Notes: a model not told the origin generated them from the sequence alone. A stretch of DNA of 64,000 bases from Trichodelitschia bisporula (GCA_010356995.1 ML996687.1:1179803-1243802); one strand, 5' to 3'. Shown: positions 48,319-61,044, counted from the stretch's first letter. Made by a program: numbers and translations.

Positions 48319-50613
48319 TCACCATTTCCTCCCTATAGCACCCGCCTCTATCTCCCTTTTCTCCCCCCAAACCCCTTCACAAGGCACAACCACCGCGCCC
48401 ACCCTTCTCGCCCATTCAATAACCTTAATGCCCACCTTCGGCCCAACATACACTGTCCAGTCTATCCCCTCCCCCTCGCCCTGTAAGGCTTCCATCAATT
48501 TTTCATTCGTAATCTCAAAATACCCAACCCATCCCTCTCCCACATCACTCCGCTGCATATCGACCGCAGACCTAACCCGGATCTCCCCCCGAATCCCCAA
48601 ACACCCCCACTCAACACCCACATCCCGCGGTAGTCCAGCAACACGGACCACAAACAGCGGCGGCACCCGTTGTGCGCCATCCTCAAACTTGACATCATTC
48701 AAGCGCGGCAGCCGCGGCCGGACGTCATTGATGAGAGGGCGGGACGTGCTGGCCGATGGTTTTCCCAAATTGTGCCACACATCAAAGTCCTCATCGTCGG
48801 AGGACTCACTACTGTCCAGCCAGGTCAGGTCATTACTCACGTGCGCCCTCCGCCACGCCTCCTGCACCACACGGACCCAGTCCTGTGGAGAAGCACCTGT
48901 GCCGGACGGCGCAATGTACGCCACACCCCCCGCCCACCAGGCGACGTCCATGGCGCGCCCGATGCGCCATACGTGCTGTAGCGCGAGGAGGGCGTGGTAG
49001 GGTGGGAGCCAGATGCGTTGCTCGGTCTTGGGGTCTACGGCAGAAGGTGGCTCTGTCGGGGGCGACATGGAGGCTGGGAGAAGCGGGATTTGGCCCGCTA
49101 GGTAGACGAGTTCGGCGTCTAGTGCGGAGAAGGATTGTAGTGAGGGAGCCTGCGAGACGGCCACGGCTTGCGAGTAGGGGCCGATGTTGGCTGGCGCCCA
49201 GTAGCTGCGGCTTTGTACGTGGAGGGTGCGGCGGGAGACGGTGAGAGGGCGGAGAACCAGAGAGAGCATGACGTGCACGCCTTTTGGCATTGTGGAGCCG
49301 AGTGCGATGGTTGTGCGGGAGGGAGGGTTGGGGCGTGGAAAGAGGGTGCTGTAGATGCTGTTGATGGTCGTGAAGTCGGCGATGTGCCGGAGGAGGAGGG
49401 TGGTTGAAACTATAGACTCGGGAGTGAGGGAGTGGAAAGTGAGGAGCGGCCGAAGAGCGGCGAGGATAGCGACAAGTTGGTCGGCAGCAGCATCTTTGAT
49501 GGAGCGGAGATTGGCGATCTGAAGAATGTTTCCTGCGGAAGTGGTAAGGGAGTAAGATATACCGTCGCGAGAGGGGAGCGAATCCGTGAAGATATGGTGG
49601 AGTGGTTCGAAGTCTGTGTCCAGTATCTCGTCGTCCTCCTTTCCGGCTTTCTTCTCTTTTAAACCTTGCTGCCCGGCAATCATCTCGCTCATCACGCTCC
49701 CAAACTCCTCGTCCAGCAGATCTGGTATCCTGATGTGCTTCTTCTTCTCCTCGTTCTTAAATTTCACCGCCTTCGCCCCCAGGATCTTGACCGCCGAACA
49801 CCCTCCCTCCCCAACAACCGTCTCGTAACTCTCAACCTCAATCCTCCCCTTCCAACCCCCCAATCCTTTTATTACAAGCGTCTCAAATTCACCCCCCTCA
49901 CCCAACGCTGACCCTCCTCCCCTCACACCCCCCGTCAACCCACTCTCCGTCATAAACTTCTGCATGTTCACCTCCATACTATACCACACCTCTGTCTGTG
50001 TGATATCATTCCATAAAAACCTCTCTTGTAACCCTCCACTGGCCAGCTTAACTATCCGCACATCCATCCCCGCCTTCCCCATATCATCTAGCAAGCTACT
50101 GGGGAAATGCGGCGGCAGAGCAGGGTAATGCCACAACCATGCAAGCGACACAAGCCCAAGGCGCTGGGTAACCGACTCAATCCGCGTCCGTTGATACGTG
50201 CTCAAAATCGCGCCGGAGCTCACAGCCCTCAAGTTCGGGAAATCAACCAGCACGTCCCTCACCAACGCCATCAGGTCCTCGGCCTCATCGTGCGCATCTG
50301 CGGTCTCTGCAGGCGCGTACTCGCGTCCGTTAACGACTACACCACCCGTGATCGCACGGCGATAGAGCGGGAGGCCGAGCAGTTTGGAGTAGAGTGGCAC
50401 GACTGCGTGCCCGATGGTTTGGTACATGAAGCTGTCGACGTCCTCGGTGTCGGGCAATAGCGGGTGCAAGTTGCCTAGTGCAACAGGGACGTACCCGTTG
50501 CGCTCGCAGTGTGCGAGGGAGTAGAGACTGTCTTTGCCGCCGGAGATGAGGCAGAGGACCTGCGGGCGGGAGTCCATGGTGGGTTCGCTTTTTAGATCGG
50601 TCGGGGGTGTCAT
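48319..50613 (-). CDS. DPH6: Diphthine--ammonia ligase Dph6 (PP-loop plus RidA-like C-terminal domains)
   Basis: LISGGKDS, DSFMYQTIGH, GAILSTYQRTRIE, GEGGEFET, LHVQSRSYWAPANIGPYSQA. Start at 50613 or 50577. Confidence 0.93.
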   Translation of the reverse strand: MTPPTDLKSEPTMDSRPQVLCLISGGKDSLYSLAHCERNGYVPVALGNLHPLLPDTEDVDSFMYQTIGHAVVPLYSKLLGLPLYRRAITGGVVVNGREYAPAETADAHDEAEDLMALVRDVLVDFPNLRAVSSGAILSTYQRTRIESVTQRLGLVSLAWLWHYPALPPHFPSSLLDDMGKAGMDVRIVKLASGGLQERFLWNDITQTEVWYSMEVNMQKFMTESGLTGGVRGGGSALGEGGEFETLVIKGLGGWKGRIEVESYETVVGEGGCSAVKILGAKAVKFKNEEKKKHIRIPDLLDEEFGSVMSEMIAGQQGLKEKKAGKEDDEILDTDFEPLHHIFTDSLPSRDGISYSLTTSAGNILQIANLRSIKDAAADQLVAILAALRPLLTFHSLTPESIVSTTLLLRHIADFTTINSIYSTLFPRPNPPSRTTIALGSTMPKGVHVMLSLVLRPLTVSRRTLHVQSRSYWAPANIGPYSQAVAVSQAPSLQSFSALDAELVYLAGQIPLLPASMSPPTEPPSAVDPKTEQRIWLPPYHALLALQHVWRIGRAMDVAWWAGGVAYIAPSGTGASPQDWVRVVQEAWRRAHVSNDLTWLDSSESSDDEDFDVWHNLGKPSASTSRPLINDVRPRLPRLNDVKFEDGAQRVPPLFVVRVAGLPRDVGVEWGCLGIRGEIRVRSAVDMQRSDVGEGWVGYFEITNEKLMEALQGEGEGIDWTVYVGPKVGIKVIEWARRVGAVVVPCEGVWGEKREIEAGAIGRKW

Positions 50614-51261
50614 GATGAAATTCAGGCCTAGAGTCTTGGGCAAGGGCTTTTCTTGCGGTACTGTTACATGTCAGCCTCTGTGCGGGAAAGCCATGCTGGA
50701 GTATACTTTAGTTCTAGCCACGTGAGGTGGTGATGTGGTGGTCATCCTTTGATGTTGGAAGGATGTCCAATGAGAGGCATAAATCACGGTTTGCCGCTTC
50801 CGCGCGGCTATGGAAAGTAGCACCACTTGCACCTCGACTTTCTTTTAGGGCACTATCGTGGAGGTAAATGGATGCGAAGGGACAAAACAGAACTAGTATC
50901 GTGAGGTATCTGGCGAAAGAAAATTGGCCAGCAGGAAGTGAAGAGTTGTTGAAAGACTCGAAAGAAAAGAGAGTCAAGAGACGCTTTAGAACAATTTCAT
51001 GATGTGGCAATATCCTCCGATACTCCTTCCCCTCGACATGAGCATATGACCGTGCTCCCTCCCCTTATTATGAGCCCATTACCCATGTGCCTTCCCAAAA
51101 GTAATCTGCTCCTTCTGACTTGGAGTCATACGGCGCATGCCTTAAGGTGAATGCCTTGCCTGCATTGATACTCGGGCCGCCTTGGAGTATTTACACCAGA
51201 ACTCCAACTCGGGAAGCTTTGAACTGAAATTTCAGATGGAGCCAACTCCTCCATCCATAAA

Positions 51262-54200
51262 TCAATACAAATTCCTCCTCAGCCCACCTGTTCTCCCCCC
51301 GGTTGCCAGATCTCTAGTACCTTCACTCCGCCTGACCATTCGGTCTCTCTCCAACTTTTCGTTCCGCTCCGAAAGAAAGGATAGGCGATCGTCAAGTGCA
51401 CGCTTCTCCATCTCCTCCCTATGGAACTTCCGCACCGCTTCTACCCGTGATTCCCTCTCTTGGGCGTCACGCGCCCCGGTCCGACCTGTTTCGGGCCCTG
51501 TCCTCGTCGCATTGATCTCCCTCCTCAACCTCTCTAACTCTCTCTCTTTTTCATCCCTCTTCTGCGCCTCGATCTGAATCCTCAGTGTCTCTATCTCTTC
51601 CTCTATCTCTTTCTCTTTTTCCCTCTCCTGCACGTCTTTTTCCTCTTGCAGTTTCACCAGCCGCAGCGCCCGTTCAAGTTCAAGCTCTCGTTCCAGCTTC
51701 AGCACCCCCTGGGTTCTTTCCCTCAGTGGTTTGTCCCTCTCCTTCGATCTCTCATAATCCCTCTCAATCTCCAAATCCCTCTTCTTCTTCAATCTTTCAT
51801 ACTCTCTCCTCAAATTTTCCTCCTGCCTAGCACTTGACCGCGCCGCTTCTTGCCTATCTCTTTCCTCATCGTTGTCGGCCCGCGTATTATGTATCACCAC
51901 CACCGGGTGACTCGAGCTCCGACTCCGTTCTTCCCTCTCCTTCAATATCTCATACTCCTTTTCCCTCTCTATATCCAAATTCCTCGCTTTCCTCAATCTC
52001 TCAGATGCCCTATCAGCCTCCACACGCCTATCGAGCAGCAATCCCCCGTACTCCGCCACAGTCCCCAAAGGCGCCCCCTTCTCCAAATCCCTCTCCCGCT
52101 CTATCTCCCGGATCCTCAACTCTCTTTCTCTTTCCCTCAAATCCGCACTGCTAACACTCTCACTCCGGTTTCTCTCCATCCTCCTCCCCCGCTCATACGC
52201 CTCTTGCTCCGCTTCTCTCCGTGCGTGGTGCACCGTGTGCCCAAAAGGCGCCATAGCATACGGATTCGGAGGCACGGACACATACTGCTTCTGCGGAGTC
52301 CCATAAAAGTCAGGAGGTGGAGGTACCGCCGTCGGATGCCCGGCCCCGTAATGCCCTGCGTACGATGGCGCGCCGTAAGGCCCTGCCGGTGACGGCACGG
52401 GGTAATACGGGGACGGCATAGGCGGCCGCCGGAAGTGCTCCGCGTACATCGGCATTTCGTCGTATGCTGAGTCGTACGAGATGTATGCACGTGGAGGCGG
52501 GGGCCGTGAGCGATCACTCGCGGCGGGCGAGCGTGCGGGTGAGGTGGTGCTTCGACCGGGGCTAGTGCGGCGAGGGAGGCGAGGGATGTCTTTGAGCTGG
52601 GTGCGAGGCGGGGGTGTCAGCGATCGGGGGAATGAGCCACTCGACGAGGTTGGCATTGGGAAATTCGAGGAAGAGTCCCTGTAGACCACGCGCGGGCCGT
52701 CCCCCTGGGATGAATACGTGTAGATGTTTGGCGCGTTGGGTGTGAAGGGGTTGCGTGAGGTGCTAGGCGTGCGTGAGGCGGGCTCGGAATAGGGGTCGAA
52801 GTCTGACTCCAGGTAGGAACGTGGGGGTGGAGGGGGGGGGGGGTGGTAAGGATAATGAGGGTAAGGCGGGTAGTAGTGGGTGTGCGCGAAGTTGTTGGGT
52901 TCGTAGAAGCCTGAGTCTCGGTCAGAGATGTAGGCGCGCCGGTCCATGTCATAGGCACTCGCGCGATCGGGCGAGTATCGGCTGCTGTCACGGCTGCGCG
53001 AAGCACGTGTCGGGTAGTGTACGTGGCGAGCTGGGTAAGCTTGCATGTTGGCTCCCCGTGGCTCTTGGTGTGGGCGTTCGCGGGGGTAGGGGCGCTTTGT
53101 GTAATGGGGTTCGCCGTAAAGTAATTCGCTGTCAAAGGATCCGCTGTCGGAGTCACTCTGGCGCGCCTGCTCCCGCAAGTTCGCTAGCTCACGCTCTAGC
53201 AGCTGAATCTCTTGAGCAACATGCTTGAAATGGTTGTCGCGGCGAGAGTGTTCACGCGAACGTTGGCGTCGGATGAAATCGTCGGATTCATCCTCCGCGC
53301 GAGCCGAAAGCTTTGCGTTACGGATGATCCTTTCAACTGCATCCGTGATACGCGATGTGATAATGAGGTAGCCCGAGTTGAGCTACATATGTCAGCACGG
53401 CCTTGCGCAATAAGCCGAAACTTACAACGTCATATTCCCATGCCACGTCATTCCTATCCAGATACGATCGGTCGATACCATCAACTCGATACCGCCGGGT
53501 CTTGGCCGGCATGGCCGGCTCGCTGATGGGTACCCATTCGATACCATCATCAACATATCTGCTGGCTTTAATCGGCTCGTTGATTGTTACCCGAGCGTTC
53601 CGGGGCGGCCGCATATTAGAACCGCGAAGGATTGAAGCTGGTCGCCTGGGCTCAGCAAGCCGTCGCTCAATGGCACTTCCGATCCGCTCAGCGATGCTTT
53701 CGATCAAATCCGGATCGGCGTTATGACGGGTTGGATAGCGGCGGCCGACGTGGATGTGCCGGATGGGCGAGGGACTCGACTCCAATGAGTGCCTTCTTCG
53801 ACGAAGATTTATAACCTCTCGTCTACGTCCGCGGCGACCTGATTCCGAGCCGGACGACACATATCTTTCTCGTCTGCGGTCGAAGCGGTGTCCGCGCAGA
53901 ACGAGCTCCGTACCCGGACCGGAGTCGTCTGAATAGCTGTCCGCGCTGCTCGAGGAAGCCCTCCAGGCCGGCTCCGAGTCATAGTCTTCAACAGATGCTT
54001 GATGTAGTGTCGAAGAAACTGTTGACGGCGCAAGTCTTTTAGGCATCACATTATCTGGTATTCGCCGGGCTATGGGACCTTTTTTGGTCTGAGTAGGTTT
54101 GTAGGGCACCATTGCTTGCCCCTTTGCCGGAGCTGTCGTTTTTGATGCCTTCATTGCCTCATTCAGAGGCCGGCTTGGGAGGAGACGAGTTTCAGCGCGG

Positions 54201-56159
54201 CGTTTTGGTTCCTTTTCCGGCAACTCTGGCCGTCCTGCCTTCGTCGGATGAATGACCGGGGTAGGAGGCCCAGGTACAGAGGGTCTCTTCACAGGCACGT
54301 CACTTTTTTTGCTCACTGGTATGGTTTCAGCCGGTTGAAACTCCGGTTTCGATGTCGAGACTTCTTCTGTTGAGTCCACCAACGATATGTCCAGAGATGG
54401 TGAGGATGGCACTGGTTCCTTGCTGGTAGCTGTGGGTTTTTCTGGCTGAACATTGCTTGTAGTTGTCGCCTTCTTTGGCTCCGGTGTTGAGGTTACATTT
54501 TCCGACGGGTCTGTGGCTTTATCCACGGCTGTGTCCTTCAGAGATTTTTTCTTTCTTCCCCAGGTTCGCCAGGCGTCGTCCGCACCTTTCTCGGCTTGAG
54601 TTGCCGAAACCATTTTCGTTGGTGTTGAATCGTGATCCTTACTGACATTCTTGACCGTCCGCGACGGAGGGGCTCCCCAAGCGCCCCATGAACTTCCCCA
54701 TTCAGAGTCATTGGCCGGTGCTGAATGGTCATCTGCATCGGGTAAATGCGCGTCTGGTTGAGCTTCTGTTGCCAGGTCACTCTTTGCCGACTCTTTCTTC
54801 TTGTCATTTTCCACGGAGCCGAATTCCCCCCAACCAAAGGTAAAGGTCGTAGGTGGCTGTGGAGAAAATTCGAGATCCAAGGTAGAAGCCTGCGCCGAAG
54901 CCTGCGTTCCTTTGGGATCCACGGTTGCAGAGTCGCTCCCCTTTGCCAACTTGCCTTTCTTCTTACGCAACTTGTCCTCTTTCGAAGCAAAAGAAAAACC
55001 CCAAGGGTCGTCCGACACCGTAGTCTGGGAAGAGTTCCAAATTCCACGAGTGTTGTCCGACACTGCAACTTCGGAATTAGCGGAAAAGGCGGCGGCGTTG
55101 ACATCGCCTATGTGCGCCGACTTGTCACCTGTGGCGGTAGTTGTCTTAGATTCAGGTCCAGCAGCGGAAGTTTTGGCGAAGTCGGCCTGTCCTGCTTCCC
55201 GTGATGGCTCGCCCGCCTTATCACTTGCATTGTCACGATCAACATCAACAACCACGGTAGGGATGTTGTCACGAAATGCTTCTGTAGCACTATCAGACTG
55301 AGGGCTGAGGTCACCGTCCGGTACAGGTTCCTTGAGGGCCCAGTCCCGTTGGTAAGTAGCAGAGAGGTTCCCAGTCGGTGGATGAATGACAACGACAGGC
55401 ACACCAGCGATAGGAATGTCAGGAATTTCCGGGAGCAATTCGACATCCGCTACAAGATCGTCTTCCGGAAGAAAGTCGAAATTCTCCGCTTCCTGCTGGG
55501 CCGGGAGTGCGCCGGCGGTGGCATCGGCTGGTGCAGCAGCAGATTCGTCGGTGCATGATTCGGCCTTGGATGACAAGCGGTCGCTGATGGCTTGCAGCTG
55601 CTTGTGGAATTCGACGATGGGACCTTTGCCTTTCACCAAGTCGTGCATATTACGAAATGGTTCGACTTGCGACGTCAGAGCGGAGACTGTCTCGCCAAGT
55701 TGCAGGGACATTCCGCGGCGGGTGTAACTGCGAGAAGAGTCAACACGAGAATACAGTAATGCGAACTGAATTTCGCTGAAGAATGTACCTAGACAGCTCA
55801 TCAAAGTCAACCTCACCAAAGATCTCATCCAACTTGGAGTTGATATCATGCAACAGTCCTGCCGTTGCTTCTGCCAGCGGGCCTCCACGCTCAGCCACCA
55901 AGGGCAGCACCACCTCCGCGTCACCAATCCCGCGACTCCAGAATTTGAGTTTCAGCAGGAAATTGTCCAGCTTCACGGCCGCGTCAATATCAAGGACAGG
56001 TCGATCGTTCTCCATCAACATGCCATCCAACCGCGCGAGTGCGCCTCTAAACAGCTGCAGAAGGTCGGCCGGCGCCTCGGCGATAGTGGCGGCTGTCGAC
56101 AGGTTGCCTTCAGTACCGCCGTCGTCAAGGCTCAGGTGCGGTGAAGCGGGTGAAGACAT
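51262..56159 (-). CDS. Large hypothetical protein (~1597 aa): helical N-terminus, low-complexity middle, Pro/Tyr-rich region, Glu/Arg coiled-coil tail
   Basis: Three ORFs joined in frame by introns 55728-55788 (GTACAT..CAG) and 53383-53425 (GTAAGT..CTGAC..TAG); 4794 nt in total. Confidence 0.8.
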
Positions 56160-56622
56160 TGTGAGCTGTGCGCATCTGACTTTGGATACTCGATGAGATT
56201 GATGAAAGTATTGATGATATCAAGGGATGAGAGTCCAGGATGCTCCGCATGTGCGCAGATGGAGGCTCAGCTCCATCATGGCTTTTAGTTCTACCGTAAT
56301 CACGACCCCCAGCCTCCCGGTTCTCGAGCCGGCATCTCAGCAATCGATTCGATACGCGCTGGATGGCCCCCAAATGCTGCAGCTAATCGGCCCTTGTCCA
56401 AGTTTGTATGCGTAAGGAATGGAGGCGCACCGCCCAATTCGCAATTCGCTGCAAGCCCGTGGAACAACCTCAAGGCTCCATCGACTCAGCCTCCGGCGGG
56501 ACACCTCCTCGCGCGGAACAAAAGGGCGCGCAAATCTCGCCACCGGTGGCTAGCCTGTCCCTCGAGCTCGAGTCGCAGATCAGTCCTCGAGTCCTCTTCT
56601 GTCTCTAATTTATGCGTCAACA

Positions 56623-58533
56623 ATGCTTGATCCTATCTCCATCATCAACGTCATCAGCTTCGCTTTCCAATGTAGTGAGCTTCTCATCCATGGCTTGGGC
56701 GCGGTCAAGGCGCGGGGGAAGACGGCGCACGACTGCCTGGCGAAGTTGCGATCCTACAAGGTTCAACTCAACAACATTAACATCCGCATCTGCAATTGGT
56801 GTCAGGTCTGGGGTTTTGCCACCACGCCGCTCGAGCGCGGACGCCGCTTCGACGACGATACGCTTGAGGAGATCTGGGGCCCTGACGGACTCAATCTCAT
56901 CAAGCGCTTGCTGCAAGACATTGGCTACAAGACGCAATGCATCGAGCGAAAATTGTCTGGCGAGCATTGGAGGCCTGCAAAGCCCAAAGATGAGAGCGGC
57001 CGACCCCGCTTTCTTAAGCCATTTCGAATGAAGTCAATGTCACGGTCAACATCTCCGACAGATGAGCCTGCTCCACCCACGGACGAAGAGTGGGAAGAAT
57101 GGGTAAAACACACCTCGTCACTCCGCCAGAAGTCCAGCCAACCAGCTCCTCTTCGGGACGCGTCTATCTTTTTCAAGATATGCTTTGCCATATATAGGAA
57201 TGACGAGTTACGCCTAGAGATCACAGAGCTAGGCACTCTGGTTACCGAATTTGAACAGTTCTGCACCGCCCTGGCCGATGTGCGCCTCAGCAGGCTGTCC
57301 AAGAGCGACATGGAACGGAAACAGGAGCTCATGGAAGCCGAATGTATGCGCGAACGAATTGGTACCTTTACAAAATTCGCCCAGCAGCTACATCAGGCTA
57401 GTGAGCGGATTGGTGGTTCCTGGTCGCTAGAGCTGCGCGTACCCGAAGTGCGGGAGCAACCCGACCTCAAGGGCGGCGATGTGGCGAGATGGAAAGACAT
57501 CTACGACATCAATCTCGACTTCAGCTTACATTACCACGATCGATCTGGAGACGACAAGGCCGAATGTCGACGCATCCGTATTGCCTACGATCCGAGCCAA
57601 TCGCACTACGTTCTTCTAGACTACGTCTCCGAATCTATAGGGGAGCTCACCAAACGCCCCAGCACGCCCTCACCCCTGGACAACCTTCCGCACTGTCAGC
57701 GCATCTCTCGCCCGCTAGAGTCGCTCTTCAGTAACCAGACTTTCGCAACACCCAACATGGCCAAGGTGTGGGAGCACGATCAGGCGCGCCTGCTGTTCGG
57801 CTTCGTCAACTGGATGGTTCTGCTTTACAATACGCCGTGGACCGATCACGCCTGTTGCTGCGAGCTGCGCTTCGAGCACCTCCCCGACGGCAACACCCCA
57901 TATGTCTTGTCCGGCCTCAAGCGCGGCGACTGTCGCAATGCTCTTGTCAAGGGTCAAAAGCTGCTCCTCCTGGGTGTCGTACTGGCCCAGATTATTCTAG
58001 GTCGGCCTCTGCGCGTACCCATCGATACTGTAGTAGGCGGATCAGGCCTGTCCTCGCCATCATCAAGCACAGGGAGCCTGACGCCAGTTGTGACAAACAG
58101 CCTCGAGGAACTTCAGTTCAAGGAGCACTGGTCGGGGGACAGCACAATGTCATGGGAAAAGGTGGACCGACAGCGGGTGCTGCGTGACATCGCGGAGAAG
58201 ACCTCCGCCAGCGTGACGGCAGCTGTACGCTACTGCTTTGAAAATCCACAGCTTGGGGAGGGAATGGATTTCCGGCCCGATATTACGCTGGATCTGATCC
58301 AAAATGTGCTGGAGCCGTTCAGTGGACACTTCGACATCATCGACTCTCACCGTGGTCGTTACTCACTCACGACGTGGTGGAGGAGTTTCCAGCGCTGGTA
58401 TACTTGGCCTTCACTTGATGTTTTCGATCCAGACGAAAGCTGCACCCCGGAGCCTGAGTGGGAGATGTGGACGAGTGACCTGCCTGGCGCTTTTCCGGTC
58501 GTGAATGACCCTGTGAAAAAAGAATTGGAGTGA
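56623..58533 (+). CDS. Hypothetical 636-aa protein with HeLo/prion-inhibition-like N-terminus and a possible degenerate kinase-like (DUF7580-like) C-terminus
   Basis: Intronless ORF. Hydrophobic start MLDPISIINVISFAF, then IRICNWCQVWG; later RLLFGFVNWMVLLYNTPW, LLLLGVVLAQI and AAVRYCF. Domain names are from recall. Confidence 0.75.
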   Translation: MLDPISIINVISFAFQCSELLIHGLGAVKARGKTAHDCLAKLRSYKVQLNNINIRICNWCQVWGFATTPLERGRRFDDDTLEEIWGPDGLNLIKRLLQDIGYKTQCIERKLSGEHWRPAKPKDESGRPRFLKPFRMKSMSRSTSPTDEPAPPTDEEWEEWVKHTSSLRQKSSQPAPLRDASIFFKICFAIYRNDELRLEITELGTLVTEFEQFCTALADVRLSRLSKSDMERKQELMEAECMRERIGTFTKFAQQLHQASERIGGSWSLELRVPEVREQPDLKGGDVARWKDIYDINLDFSLHYHDRSGDDKAECRRIRIAYDPSQSHYVLLDYVSESIGELTKRPSTPSPLDNLPHCQRISRPLESLFSNQTFATPNMAKVWEHDQARLLFGFVNWMVLLYNTPWTDHACCCELRFEHLPDGNTPYVLSGLKRGDCRNALVKGQKLLLLGVVLAQIILGRPLRVPIDTVVGGSGLSSPSSSTGSLTPVVTNSLEELQFKEHWSGDSTMSWEKVDRQRVLRDIAEKTSASVTAAVRYCFENPQLGEGMDFRPDITLDLIQNVLEPFSGHFDIIDSHRGRYSLTTWWRSFQRWYTWPSLDVFDPDESCTPEPEWEMWTSDLPGAFPVVNDPVKKELE

Positions 58534-58799
58534 CCTACACCAGTACTAAAGGATGCACCGACGCATCGTCTCGGCTCTGGGGAAACCTTACTAACTCATG
58601 CACCGGCCATGGTAGATGCCTCACATGGGTGCGCTGTGTACTCCTCAGACAAGACATGACGTGGTCCCTTCACTGTATACCTCCACCAACTCGACAGGTT
58701 TCTCTTACACTCGCCACCATGCAACAAGCTTACAGCATAGTGCTTCAGGCGCTTCATGTCGAGTCATGTTCCCGCATTGCGGAGCTTGAACCATGAGCA

Positions 58800-59325
58800 A
58801 TGATCTCGTTGCACATTCTCTGCGAGCTCGCCGCCTTTATTCCGATCTAGAGCATTCCTAATGTCACGGAGGCTAAGATCCGGCGGCTTCTCAAGGCCCT
58901 CCGCGCTCTTCTCATGACCATGGAGTTGCCAGCTGCTCAACTCCCGCCTCCCCGCGCTGATCAACCGCACCACTACGGTGTCCTGGCTCTCGACTTCGTC
59001 ATGCTGGAACACAACCACGGTCATCCTTTCACCCGAGGCTGCTCAGAGTCTGTCTCCTGAGCAAGAGCATGAGCGTCGCATGGCTCGGATGAAGGCGTTT
59101 GAGCTCATCGAGTCTGAGCTTATGGCTCTGACTGAGCAGCAACTTGCTCCTGTCGCTAGGATACGGGGTGTGAACAGCATTCCGTTGGAGTAGACGCGCG
59201 TTTTCGGCGGTTGCAACAAGTACTCTCTTGTTGAGGGCGAAGTAGTCGTGATCATTGTAGGAGAAGACAAGCTCATCTTCTTCCTAAATTTCGCCGCGCA
59301 TAGGCTGCTCTCGACTGCCCTGTAG
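58800..59325 (+). pseudogene. Possible decayed gene
   Basis: Protein-like text (EAKIRRLLKALRALL; ERRMARMKAFELIESELMAL) broken by TAG at 58848 and 59191 and by a frame change. Confidence 0.35.
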
Positions 59326-60256
59326 ATACATTGACGGAGTCCTGGCCCAATACGGAAGACATGATGAGGACTACATAGAACTAGAAAATTCTATACAAGC
59401 AGGATAACTTCACCTGTGTGCCTCGATTCAAACGTGAGAGTGATTTGGACAACGTATATGTTTTTCTAACCTCACCATCGCGGCTTCGAGGCTCGGCTTT
59501 CCTTCGGCCATACCGACTTCCATGAAGTTGACCTAGACTTGCTTATACCAACGGCAGATTATCTCCAACCTTGCCTGTGCCCTACTTTGAATGCTAAGAG
59601 AAACCTGCCCAGCACCCACTAGAACATCTCAAAAAACGTCGCCTGTGCCGTTCACGGTGGTACAATACTCAATGATTGAGGGCACTTTACTCTCCGCTGC
59701 CGACCCAGTCATTTCTCGATCCTAATGGGAGCGTGGTTCGGGGCACGTGCAAAGGGAACGAATGCAGAGTGAAAGCACTGTAAGTTGCGTACAAGACGAA
59801 GAATATAAGAGCGAAGGTAGTGGCGGGGCGGCTCGTATCTAGATACACTGGTGTCCTTGTCCTCCAGGGCTCCTTCTGTTGTCTCCCCGAGCCACTCCCC
59901 GGTTAAAGACACTCCTTCTAGGAGTACGACTGTCCCTTCCCAGGTATGGCTGCTCCTTCCCCGCGTCAACGTCCATATATCACCGCAGCAAACCTTTCGT
60001 ATTTAAGCCCTTCATAGCTTGATTAGTCCAGCAGCGGACTCGGATTACAGGAGGTAGCGAATGCATGAAGCTGTTGCACGCCAAGTGAGAAAGCCATTCC
60101 GTACCAAAGAGCGCGTCCGCTCGTATTTCTCATTCGAAGCATGCTCAGCGATGCTGCTAGATTACAAGCTCAACTCGTAGGACATCCCACTGCCGCATTA
60201 CCGTCGCAAAAAAAAAATCTTTATTTTGTATCGCACCTCGATCCCATCATCCCCCT

Positions 60257-60662
60257 TCACGCCTTGTGAGCGGTCCGACGCACAGCGTACCAGACCACAC
60301 AACCCACGAAGACGCCAACGAGGACCAGCCCGACCGCAAACAGGACCGTCATTTTCCACATCTTTCGGAGAGGTTGGCGGGCATCTATAAAGTATGAGCC
60401 CCGATGGTTACTCGAGAAGGTATATTGTTGAAGATATATTGTTGAAGTCAAACTGAAGGTGGCGATTTACGATAGAGTTTGGAGTTGGTGTATAATCGAC
60501 TTACGCAGGGACATTTCATCTGCGTCACTGGGGCGAGAGGTAATCATCGGAGCGCGTGCCCCGGCATCGCGAGACACTGCTACGCGGTTGTAAGTAGAGG
60601 AGGCCCCGGCATCGCCATAGATATGCGCAGGAGGCATGGGCGACAGCGGGATGTCCTCCATC
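60257..60662 (-). CDS. Possible small tail-anchored membrane protein or its remnant
   Basis: MEDIPLSP.. segment with a GTAAGT donor at 60504 and a downstream hydrophobic helix VLFAVGLVLVGVFVGCVVWYAV; I could not find a frame-consistent acceptor. Confidence 0.3.
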
Positions 60663-60953
60663 GTGTATGTTTGTGGAGGGTCGAAGATATGCTGCTTCAA
60701 GGATGAGGCTGAGGGAGATTTCGTATGGTGGAGGCTTTGATGGCGGAGGCGTTGATGGTGAGGCTTCGATGAAGAGGCTTCGATGGTGGAGGCTCTGAGA
60801 ATGTGCACTGGCGAGAAACGTAGGTAGGCGCGAGCAGTGAGCTACATGGCGTCTACTATTCACTCGACGTCCGACATCGAAGGGCAAATGTGCACTGGGA
60901 GTCGCATCATTCGCTTCGGTGAATGAATTGCAGCAAACCTCATCCGATGTGGT

Positions 60954-61044
60954 GTGGCAGTCCGGGTACGAGTTTCCTAAACTGCAGGAACGACCTGGTG
61001 GTGGCAGTCCGGGTCCGAATTCCCCAAACTGCAGGAACGACCTG
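60954..61044. repeat. Tandem duplication with 47-bp period
   Basis: GTGGCAGTCCGGGT.CGA.TT.CC.AAACTGCAGGAACGACCTG at 60954 and 61001, with 4 mismatches. Confidence 0.92.
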
